A stretch of DNA of 64,000 nucleotides. Source: Bugula neritina. Taxonomy: Eukaryota > Animalia > Bryozoa. This document shows, one piece after another, positions 14,766-26,137 of this stretch. The translations under genes were made by a program, and so were the position numbers. Below the pieces are notes generated by a model. The model was not told where the DNA came from. It saw only the letters and a program-made list of their open reading frames with translations, and made no database searches. The DNA is taken from NCBI GenBank assembly GCA_964035545.1, contig OZ037770.1:5962729-6026728 (forward strand). The letters run 5' to 3'. The stretch's first letter is position 1. Every line of letters begins with the position of its first letter.

Positions 14766-17700
14766 ATGGCAGCGTCTAGCAAACAATATGGCCGCAGCAA
14801 CTCTTCAATCATGGATTCTATATTCACCAAGCAGGTGTCTAGTGATCCCTTTCTCTTTGATTCCGGGGATTCAGATGGTGACAGTCATCCTAGTCTAAAT
14901 ACACCAAAAAAGAAGTGCAAAGTAAGCTTAGGTCAAAATGAGTTTCACAATCTGCTATAGGTTCTCTTTTATATTTTGCATCCTGTGTATTGAGATTCCA
15001 CCTTTTTAAACATGCTGCCTAATCACCATCATTGTGATCCCTGTGACATGCAGCATGTAATGGAAAATCAATGTTTGCTGTTGCTCTCTTAGCATAGCTT
15101 TATTACAGAAGTGCAGTCTGTAGTGGATTGTAATGCTTGTGTAATGTTATGTTGGAGAATATCAACTTTTGGTAATGTTTGGTGCTGTCTAGTTTTTTAT
15201 ATATTGCAGCAAATAAAGAAACTACATAGAAGCACAAAGTCAAGAAAAGTATCTAGGAAGCAAGCCAACAATTTCAACAGCTGGCCAAAGCAAAGCGGTA
15301 ACTGCATTCTTCATGTTAATTCCTGGATGAAATTAGTACTTTTTTCCCACCAGCATTTCACTGCTGTTTTTATTCCTGAATCTGTTTGTGATTGAAGGTG
15401 AGGTGAGAGTGAATGGAGCCGATAGTGATACGGTTAGAGGGGCAGAGGAGGGCAAAGAGGTGCTCTCCAGGAAACATAACACCAGGGTATGTACCCTGGT
15501 TTACCTAAATAGAAATACTAATATATTTATGCCCGACATGCCATCTGCTGATGTTGACTCATCACCATAGAACTTCCCATATCTGGTAGTAAGCATACTG
15601 AGTTAGGTAAAGGTAATTGCTTGAGTTATCGCAAGTGAACAATTTTGACAAGTGGCTTATATAATACAATGCAACTTGGTAAAATTTTCAACTTGGCCAA
15701 ATTGAATTTTTGACTAAAATTGTGAGGGTCTCTTAATTCCGCTCTTCGAGTGGATTGAATATAAACTTGTTAGAACTTTATATTCAGTATATTTTATTTG
15801 GCTAAAAAGTATGCTGTGTATATATGAACGGAGATCGACACCTATGGCAGGTGAGTGGAGAGACTCCACTTTCTTGAGCTGATTGAATGCACTAGTTACT
15901 GTTTCTCTCAATGCATTCTATTTTTAAATCATGTGTAGTTGATAGGTTGTAATGTAAGATCTAAACCTATGACTGTGATATACATGTCATGTGCATCAGA
16001 ATTAATATTTGCAGAGTCGTTGTGATTCCTCTACTGACGGCAAGACGATGCAGATTACCTCGACAACTATTCACCATACTGGTGAGTTTTGGTAGTATTA
16101 TAGCTTCTTTCCTAATTTATATACTCGTAAATTGTCTAGAATGCAAACATATAGCTAAAACAAAGTCATAATAAAAATGTCCCAGTTTCTTATGTTTCCG
16201 TCTCATTTCAACTGTAGTGTAGCCAGTTGTATAATTCACATTATGTATTTTGAATATTAAATGCAACTCATAAGTATAAATTATGTGAGTCATAAATGTG
16301 AATAAGCCTTCACCACCCGCTGCTGATCTCGCATGTTGGAGATTCCACGCATGACATAGCAGTCAAACATGACTGTTCATTGTATATCATACTCCGTATT
16401 TGCTCTCACTTTTTCTTATTTAAAAATTATTGTGTATGACTTGATGTGTCACCCTTTCCAGCTTGAAATATCATTCTATTCTATTTTGTTCTATTTCATT
16501 GTTTTACTGCAGTAGTTACTTTGTAAGTAGTTACATCCTAGGCTAATGGTTTGTAAACATGTTTGTTGCTCTCTTTAGTCATAGAAGAGGGCAGTGACTA
16601 CGAGAATGCTGCTCCTGTTATGTCCATCACCTCAGAGACTGTACACACCAGCTGCCTAACAGATGATACTGGGTATAACTCATATATAAACAATACTAGT
16701 AAACCACAGAACTCTTCTAATTTTTCTCAAAAGCCATCATTTCTTAACGGATCTCAGTCTGCAGTAAGGTATAGAAAGTCGAGCAATGCCTCTGTATCGT
16801 CTGCAGATAGCCAGGAATCTGCATTACAGTTGCATAGACAGGAGAGTGATCGCCTCAAGCAGTTTCTGAGTGGCGGAGATGGTGGGGGAACTACAGCCAG
16901 CTCCACTCACTCCTCTGACAGTAACCTGTCTACTCGTAGTCTTGCTCGTAAAAGAGTTCCAACTGAAAAATATCAGCAGTATTTAAACTCTAACAAAGTG
17001 AAAACTAACCCAAAAAATACTGAGACTAGTAAACGTAAAAAGCAAATTCTTCCACAAAACACAAACAATTCTGCAAACCCTAATAAACGAGTCAAACTGG
17101 GCCAAGACGGTCCACGTGAAAGCGAGAGGTTGAAACAGTTTCTTAGTTCGGACACTAATGTGACGCCAGAAGTTGACAAATCTTCGCAGCACGTAAATCT
17201 TGATCTCATCCGAACTGAAAGTGATAGGTTGAAAAAGTTTCTGGAAAGTGGTAACACAGATAAATACAGAATATCGGACTCTGAGTCAGTCAAGAGTGAA
17301 CACAGCCTGTCTTCTGTGACTAGCTTTGATCTGACAGTTGTGAGCAGAAGCACTCTGGATTATCCTCATAATGTGAAGGAAGCAGAAGGCTGCTCAGCTG
17401 TGTCAGATAATTTAGACAGCTGCTCTACTACCTCATTGGAATTGACTATAGAGCGCCAAGAGAGTGATAGGTTACAACAGTTTCTCTCCAGCGGGACAGG
17501 TGAAACAACCAACTCCACTTCTGGCAGCGGGAATAGAACACACGAGGCAACACGGTTGAATGGTGCAAACATTGACAAATCACGTAAGCCCGGTGCTTCC
17601 TCTAAAGTACGTTCTGTGGTGGATGAGTTTTCATTCACAGCTGATAGCATTGAAGATTGTAGGAAAGATATAGCTTTAGATAAAGTCGTGACTGGTGAAG

Positions 17701-20700
17701 GAACTTCCAAAGACACTCACAAGGTCCATTCATCATTTGACTCAAAACCAATTATAAATTTTGAAAAGATGGAAGGTAAAAAAGAAAAAATGGCACTAAA
17801 AACTTCCAAGAAACTTCTATCAAGTCCTGCAAAGGTAGAGTCTCTAGTGTGTTTATTATGTACACCTCTGCAGCTGTAACTGCTATTCCTTGTGGTATAA
17901 TATAGTGCAGTTTCACACAAATTACTGTTACATTCACTGTTCTATGACAGGTGACCAGCAAATACCGGTACAATCCGAGGGCTTGGTTAGCCGATCCCGT
18001 GGATGATGAAGAGCCTGGTGACAGTAGAGACGGTATTGCCAAGTCACGTTCCCAGCAACATGCTGACTCTAAAGCCCTACGACACCCTTTAGAACTGAAG
18101 AAAGTGGTAAAATATCCAGACCATCTCGGTGACCGCATTTCAACTCAGCTCAAGGTTCCCCAGGCGCATAAAAAGGTGAGAGTGTTGTGGGAATATTCAC
18201 AGTAGTACAATGAGGGGGCAGTCATGGTCTAGTGGGTAGAGCACTGACTTAGTATAGTAATCACAAGGTTGGTAGTTTGGTCCCAGGAACTCTCTATGAT
18301 GATGTTAGAAAGTATAGAGCAGGTATAGAGAAAGTATATGCACTAGTACCTGCTGTCTTTAGCGTGGTTGCTCCTTGGTTAATAATATCCCTGCCATACG
18401 TGTTGTCCTGTTTAATGAAGTCTGCTCCTATTCGTATTTGCATTGTGCTCTTTAACTTACTGCTTATATTGGAAAATAATTGGGACTAGAAATATGTTTA
18501 TAGCTGTATGCTCTCTGTCTAGTAATGTTGGTATTGCAGCTGTCCACTGTATAGTAGCGGCATTGCAGCTGCACACTGTATAGTAGTAGTGATATTGTAA
18601 CTGTACACTGTATAGTCATGTTGCTATTGTAGCTGTACACTGTATAGTAGTGTTAGTATTGTAGTTGTACACTGTATGATAGTGTTAATATTGTAGCTGT
18701 ACACTGTGGTGAAGAATGTACGACAAGCTCATGAGTGCCAGGACCATGGGGAGACGCAGCAGATAGATGACGACCTGGAGTTCCTGGTGGACGGTTTAAA
18801 GCCTGTCGGTGCGACCAGCAGCAGATATCTCAGTGCAATCAGTTTAGCCAAGAAGTGCACGAATCCAACATTTAGGTACTGTACAGATGTGTGTTAGGGT
18901 TTGGATAGTATATCACTGTATATGTTATTTATGTCACGCTATGTTGTGCATTGTGTGTATTGCTGTGTCTTGTAGAATGTGCCTTAGATCTAACAGTGGC
19001 CTGTCACACATATTTACAAGTCTCTCTGATGCCCCGACTGAGCCGAGGCTGGCCCTGAGCACCACGGCTATCATGTTCATGCTGTGTCAGGATCGACTCA
19101 ACATGGATCTGGACAGAGATAGTCTGCAGCTCATGGTAGACTTACTCGAGTACGATGACGGCGCGCGCCTTCACAATCCTCAGGTCTGTTAATGTTCTGG
19201 GAGGGGGGGGGTTCCTCAGCCTTGGACCCATTTCTGTATAGGAGGCCATAGGCTAATCGTATATGTGGCTTGAGTGAAGCTGTTAGATGCTGTGTTACAT
19301 CAGTGTAGTCGTTCTATATGTTCATGTATACTACAGGCTGAGTAGTATTTACTGTAGTTATAATAGTGTATACTGTAGGCTGATGTAGTATTTACTGTAG
19401 TTAGGTTAGCGTATACTGCAAACAGTGTAGTTATGTCAGTATTATACGCGTATTTCACAGGAGTTGTCTGACTACGAGAGATCTATTGACACTGTATATG
19501 AGCTCTACAAATCTTCCATTCCTGATGGCGAAGAGCTCGTTGACAGGTACCTTCGATTAGCTACTCTGCATGTAACGCTGAATCAACTTGTTCCAGCTAA
19601 TTAAATATACTAATGAAGGCTCAAGATATCAACACATCAAAGTCTATTGTCATGATAAATTAATATGACTAATAATCTGGCCTCTGTAAAAATTCGTAAC
19701 AGTTTCGGTACTCATTTCATTTATTTGTTGCCACTTTTTCTTCCATTTAATCCCAAACTTACATGCTGTCGTATTCTAGTAATTACTAATTAGTAATAGA
19801 TAATGTTCTATGAATAGATAATGTTCTATGAATAGATGGTGTTCTAGGAATAGATGATGTTCTAGGAATAGATGGTGTTCTATGAATAGATAATGTTCTG
19901 TGAATAGATGATGTTCTATGAATAGATGATGATCTATGAATGGGAATATTCTAGAAGTGATGTTAAATAGAAGATAGAGAATAAAGTAATATTACTTTCA
20001 GGAACGAGTTGTCACCTGGTTACCTGGCCATGGAGTGTCTGTTGGTTCTGACTTCCAGACGTTCTGGTGACTGGTTCAAGGAGGAGCTGAGGGAGGTTGG
20101 TGCCCTCCACCACATAGCCAGTAGTATAGTAGGTGAGTGTATGATACAGAGGGTTGGTGCCCTCCACCACATAGCCAGCAGTATTGTAGGTGAGTGTATG
20201 ATACAGAGGGTTGGTGCCCTCCACCACATAGCCAGCAGTATAATAGGTGAGTGTATGATACAGAGGGTTGGTGCCCTCCACCACATAGCCAGCAGTATAG
20301 TAGGTGAGTGTATGATACAGAGGGTTGGTGCCCTCCACCACATAGCCAGCAGTATAGTAGGTGAGTGTATGATACAGAGGGTTGGTGCCCTCCACCACAT
20401 AGCCAGCAGTATTGTAGGTGAGTGTATGATACAGAGGGTTGGTGCCCTCCACCACATAGCCAGCAGTATAATAGGTGAGTGTATGATACAGAGGGTTGGT
20501 GCCCTCCACCACATAGCCAGCAGTATAGTAGGTGAGTGTATGATACAGAGGGTTGGTGCCCTCCACCACATAGCCAGCAGTATAGTAGGTGAGTGTATGA
20601 TACAGAGGGTTGGTGCCCTCCACCACATAGCCAGCAGTATTGTAGGTGAGTGTATGATACAGAGGGTCGGTGCCCTCCACCACATAGCCAGCAGTATAGT

Positions 20701-21211
20701 AAGTGAGTGTATGATACAGAGGGTTGGTGCCCTCCACCACATAGCCAGTAGTATAGTAGGTGAGTGTATGATACAGAGGGTTGGTGCCCTCCACCACATA
20801 GCCAGTAGTATAGTAGGTGAGTGTATGATACAGAGGGTTGGTGCCCTCCACCACATAGCCAGCAGTATAGTAGGTGAGTGTATGATACAGAGGGTTGGTG
20901 CCCTCTAGCACATAGCCAGTAGTATAGTAGGTGAGTGTATGATACAGAAGTGTTATATACATGCAGTGCTGCTAGCCAACACTGTTACATACATTACTAT
21001 ATAATATAGATAAGACAACCCAAGTGATGCTGGCAGACTATACCCTGAAGTTGTCTGCTCACCTTCTCACCATAATCAAAAAGATCTGTAGAGGACTGAG
21101 GGTGTTAGAGCATGTGACAGCTTGTAATACCGGCAATCAGCGGCAGGTGATTGAGCATCAAGGTAAGTCAAATATACAGTGGTGGCGGTAGTAGTAGTAC
21201 TAGTAGTAGTA

Positions 21212-21244
<33 letters not shown>

Positions 21245-24200
21245 GTCGTACTAGTAGTAGTAGTGATAGTAGTAGTAGTGATAGTGGTGGTAGTAGCAGT
21301 GGTAGTGGTAGTGGTGGTAGTGGTAGTGGCAGTGGCAGTTGTTGTCTTTACTTCTCAGAGTGTAATGTTCTACATTGCAGGAGGTGAATTTGCCATCTCA
21401 CTCTGCAGATTGCTCATGTTTGGAGTTGAAGCCATTTCTATTCACTCGATAGATACGAGATCTTCTGCCACTTCCTCAGGGAATCTTATCTTCCAGCTGA
21501 TGTTAGGTAACTCCTACATACTAGTCAACTTTCTGTTCAGGTGCTGACCTGTATGTAGTACAGTATATAGTACTGTATATAGTACTGTGTATGGTAGTAC
21601 TGTGTGTGTTAGTACTGTATATGTTAGTACTGATGATGTGTGACACTCTGACACTCTGTTTAAGGTGTCCTCAGGGTACTCGTCAATATCACGCATGACT
21701 CCAAGGACGGCTGCACTCTCATCAGCTCCTTCTCCGGGATTGTCAACCTTCTTCTCAGATGTGTCCTGCAGACCCCACAGTACGTCCTCGAAGAGCAAAG
21801 GTATGCACCATCTCAACTCTTACCAATCTGGTCTGATTTCAATAGCTTATGTTCTATGCATCAACGTGCTTTGGGTTAGGGTGCGGTTGGGAACTTCCTT
21901 AGAACATTTAATTGTGTATTTCTTATCCAGAACTTATGCTTCTCTCCATTGCTGCACCTGCCCCAGTTACTATGCGCCAGGTTGTGGTGTAATCAACCTG
22001 ATGAGTGCCAGTAACAACTAGTCACACTACACAATACACTCAGCACTGCTTCTCGTACTCTTTACATGCTGCTGTTATACATTTATATCTCTGACATCCT
22101 ACATACCTGCTGATATATGTTTATTTCTCTGACATACTGTCTATCTATCTGATATCTATTTACATGTCTGACATACTGTCTACCTACTGTTATATCTCTA
22201 TTTCTCTGTCACAGGCTGGTTCTAGCATGTTCTGGTGATACAAATCTGTTTTGTTGATAACTATTTTTTCTAGAATAATCTTTGTATAAAGTTGTGTTTA
22301 TACTTTTGCTGAAAACAGTACCGAGTTTCAGTTAATAGCGCTTGCCTGGATACCCCTTTATAGTCAAACTGCAAATCATTGAAATCATATTGATGCGGAA
22401 GCTTACTTTTTAAAAATAAAATCTGACTAACTAATCGTTATTTGATGCCCTTTGAAAACGTTGTGAATTAGTAAAGTTAACAGCATAAAAGCGATAATTG
22501 AGAAGGTGTAGGTGATATAATTATTAATATATAAGTAAGTCATCTAATTGCCAAAGTCGTAATTAATAAATTAAATAACACTGTTAACAAGGAGTTATTA
22601 CTCCTATTCTAAAATTGGCCGATGGAGTTATCACGGCACAAAATTTTTTGCGAGTGGCTTTACAATGCAATGCATCTAGGGGAAATTTCAACTTGGCCAA
22701 ATTGAATTTCTGACTGAAAATCGTGAAGGTATAAATGCAACTTGAGTTCAACACCTTTCATAACATTTGGAGTCGCGAGTTGTTTGGGGGAAAACTTTGA
22801 TTAAGATGTTTTCACCATATAGGTTGACAAGTGAGTTTTCTATGGCGAAATTTTATGAGCCTATCATATCAGGCACGACACTCATCTCCAATGACTTGTG
22901 TACTTTAAAACACTCTCTGCTCTCACTCATAGTCAACTACAGTGCCAGTTACTCCCAGTGGTTTAATGTGCTTTGCTACTCTTGTCCATACACTGACTCT
23001 ACACTCTCCTTCATACCGGCTATCACTGTGATGCTGAAGTGATTCATCCAATAATGAATCAACAAAGCAGCCATATTCAGTCGCGGCGTCAGGCGATTGG
23101 CATTATAATCAGTATCATACTGGCTAGCTGCCGGCAGCATTAGTCTACTCAGAGCTGACTCACAGTAACTGTCCAGAGACCAACTCTGTATGCTGTAGAC
23201 TGTACGGATTTCCTTTTGTGTTGATAGGTTTGACCTGCTGGTGCTCAGTATCGGTCTCTCCATCAACATGTGTGAGAACTCGTGTGAATGTCGCCAGATT
23301 CTCTTAGACAGCGAGACGACGACTTCCTATGACTCTGTGTCCAAAAAGGAGACAATGACCTCTGTGGAGGCTCTGCTGGGTCTGTTTGATCAGAGGTGAG
23401 TAGCGGCTGATGGTGTATCTCTGTGTAACAGCTGTTTATAGTACTTTCTCCTGTTATTTGATTTACAATTTTCTATAATAACTCACGCAAGTTTATAGTC
23501 ACTATCCCTGTGAGAAACCCCTGATAGAAAGGGTTTTTGTTAAAGCCGGCTAAGAACTTAATTAAATGAGGCACAGGAGCAATTATGACTGGATGCTCTT
23601 CCTAACATCACCTTTGCCGGGGTTCGAACCCATGACTCCGTGCTTACTAGGCAAATGCTTTAATCCCTAGACCACGGCTGCTCAATACAATGTTCTGTAA
23701 TATATTCCTATATTACAGTGGAGTCTATTATAATATATTCTATTATATATTATCTTACTCTGCTATGTTATACTATGCTGATATGTTGTGTTTATATATG
23801 CTGATATATTACTATACGCTGACGCAGGTTGCTGACAGCAGAGAAGATAGAAGCAGAAACTGGTGACCTGAGAGAGTCTGACGTAGTGAGAGCTGTGAAT
23901 GATGATCTGAGTGAGAGTATAACTGAGGTGCTGCATAAGGCAGGCAGACATATGGAGGATTCCATTGGTACGCTATATATAGTACTGTGTTATCATGTAT
24001 ATTATATACTATATAGTGCTCTATAGTACTGTATAGCATTGCATATAATATACTATTTAGTACTGTATAGTACTGTGTATTATATGCTATATACTGTATA
24101 TTATACCGTATATTATAATATACTCTATACTGTATGGTACTTTAAATTATATAATATACGCTGTATATTACATACTGTATATTATATACTACACGCTGTC

Positions 24201-24478
24201 TATTATATACCGTATATTACATACTGCGTATTACACATGTATTACTATATTCTGTTGCAGTTGCATCCTACATTGCCTTGCTCATAGGGGTCATCCTACA
24301 GCACAGCCCTGACTATATTGACCATGTCAAACAGTTTCTTAGAGGTAAAAGTTTCTCGCAGATCATTTCTGTTCTCCAGAAGTTTCTCAGTTTTATGAAG
24401 ATGGCTGACGCTGCTTCGGGTAATACTGGCTCTAAGTCTATCGGGACTGTCCTGAGTTTCCTGCGCGAGTACACCTGA
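14766..24478 (+). CDS. WAPL: Wings apart-like protein (cohesin release factor), 16 coding exons, ~1141 aa
   Basis: Exons: 14766-14921, 15210-15297, 15398-15486, 16015-16081, 16579-17834, 17951-18175, 18697-18875, 18976-19183, 19461-19546, 20002-20132, 21010-21162, 21381-21506, 21665-21800, 23228-23395, 23828-23967, 24261-24478. Phases consistent; total 3426 nt. N-terminal KQYGR (YSR-like) and DPFLFDS (FGF-like) motifs. WAPL domain signatures [67 protein letters not shown]. The small N-terminal exons are less certain. Confidence 0.93.
18213..18330 (+). mobile_element. Diverged tRNA-derived SINE fragment
   Basis: A-box-like tggtctagtgg, a degenerate B box, then tgatgttag as in the copies at 23484-23684 and 42954-43152. 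Confidence 0.45.
18520..18707 (+). repeat. ~32-bp tandem repeat (6 copies) spanning a WAPL splice acceptor and exon start
   Basis: Unit approx. tagtagtgttagtattgtag|ctgtacactgta; the last copy is the real acceptor at 18696/18697. Confidence 0.9.
19793..19942. repeat. 18-bp intronic minisatellite (aatagatgatgttctatg-like), ~8 copies
   Basis: Direct tandem repetition visible in the sequence. Confidence 0.9.
20095..20948 (+). repeat. 57-bp minisatellite, 15 copies, each holding a WAPL exon end plus its splice donor
   Basis: Unit gggttggtgccctccaccacatagccagcagtatagtag|gtgagtgtatgatacaga; reads [19 protein letters not shown] in the WAPL frame. Confidence 0.97.
21178..21340. repeat. (AGT/GGT)n microsatellite
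   Basis: Trinucleotide run in a WAPL intron. Confidence 0.93.
22300..22760 (+). mobile_element. Interspersed repeat, same family as 950-1400
   Basis: Colinear similarity to the reverse complement of 950-1400; boundaries approximate. Confidence 0.62.
23484..23684 (-). mobile_element. tRNA-derived SINE
   Basis: On the - strand: gagcagccgtggtctaggg (A box) ... gggttcgaacccc (B box) ... tgatgttaggaagag ... taagttcttagc ... gactataaacttg; colinear with the copy at 42954-43152. Confidence 0.75.
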
Positions 24479-25692
24479 CCTGGGGCTACATTTGAACCTA
24501 CTATGTATTAGACTGACCAATTAGAGCAGCCACAGTGGTACCTGCCTGTTGATAGTCATGTGACTAGATTCAGCAGGCAACTCGTGTGCTCCTAGTTATG
24601 TTTAATGTGTATATAGGATCCATTATTTTACCGTTTGTGTATGAATACTACTGTAGGGCAGATAACTCCTCTTTTGTAGTCCGTGTTTCATAAGTTTTTT
24701 ACTTCGTATTTTATGATTTCAAGATAGAAACAATTTTCATATTTTTATTGATGAAAAAGCTTCTTTCATTGTACAGTGTATATATTAATATAATTGATAA
24801 CTCTTATGTACAGAATACTGTAGTTTTAATTGTATAGCTTCGGTAGCTTACTTGGTGTCACATTTGTAAACTTGCTTTTGCTCAGTTCTGTTGAAATTTA
24901 TTTTTCATAGTTGATTAAATACAATATTGGTATTCCTTTTCCTTTATTCGTGTACGTCACATTACTGTGAGTCTCTCTCACTGCGTTAATAGGTTTTATA
25001 ATATTGCAGTCACATGACAACTGTTATTCTTATGCATTGCATTATGGGTAGGAGTATAACTTAAAAGTATGAACTGGTCATTCTCAGAAGGTAGTTATTA
25101 GCAATAGGTTGTGGCGATTAACCTATACAACTTGTCACATAACTCTAAAATGCAGCAGACAATTTATCTGGGTATTTCTATCTTCTTACAGGATCTGATA
25201 ATTCACCAACCATTGCGATTTATAAGTTGGCAATTTCCTTTGCAGATCTGATAGTTCAGTTTTTTTTAAGAATGCAAGTAACTATTGTCGATACTATAGC
25301 GTGCAATCAGATTGTCTTACCAAGCAATGTAATTAATTTCCAAATCTTTTGCCTACTACTAATATGTTGGAGTTAAATTACAGCTGCAGGTGGTGCTCTA
25401 AGATATCATACGTTGATAGATGACTGAGCTGCATGTGGTATTTACACCATGGCCATGAAAATAAATGAACTACTATATAGTTTAAAATTCCAATACTTGC
25501 TGCAGCCTTTATCAAGTCAAGGACTTTAGGCTTTATCCTGGCATTTGCTTGTAGCAGAGTGGGAGATCATAACTGGATATTCGGAGATCAGCTGTTAGAG
25601 TTTTAAGCCATGTGACCTATCACTTACATTAAAACACCACAATTGAAAAAAAAAATTGGTCTATAATATTATTTCAAAAGTATAGTTACCTG

Positions 25693-25749
<57 letters not shown>

Positions 25750-25773
25750 ATATATATATTCGATATATATATA
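25693..25773. repeat. (TA)n microsatellite
   Basis: Direct observation. Confidence 0.95.
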
Positions 25774-26059
25774 TTGCGATATTCGAGTTAAAAGTACAGT
25801 AAAGATGTTAGTTGTTACTTTAGACTTGAATATAATTGAAAAGAGTTTTTATGAATATTTGGAGTTGTCTATCTTTTTTTATATTGAAAAAACTTTCGAA
25901 AACTCAAAAGAAGAAAATAGTTAGGTTTTCAAAGCACAGGTTTAACGTTGCTCTGGAATACGACTCGATAATTCACAAGTAGTATGATATTTAACAACGG
26001 CACCATCTTTGTTACTAGTGCGTGCCCATTGATTGATTGTAATTGAATTTTCCTACTCA

Positions 26060-26079
26060 TTTCTAGAAAATTCCTGAAA
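26060..26079 (+). promoter_or_regulatory. Heat-shock element (four alternating nGAAn pentamers) ~60 nt upstream of the CCT2 ATG
   Basis: tTTCt aGAAa aTTCc tGAAa is a perfect HSF consensus, next to a chaperonin gene. Confidence 0.75.
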
Positions 26080-26137
26080 AAATATTTTCAGTTTTCGAAC
26101 TCCTTTTGATTACAAAGATTAAAGACTCTGCATAAGC

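Noticed and set aside
16973-17716. Antisense ORFs over the large WAPL exon and over Gypsy pol
   Set aside because: Shadow ORFs of real coding sequence with no independent motifs or splice support.
20009-20962. Long repetitive ORFs on both strands, superficially like a CRISPR array or repeat protein
   Set aside because: Head-to-tail 57-bp minisatellite with no unique spacers and no cas genes, in a eukaryotic intron; the antisense ORFs are by-products of a stop-free unit.
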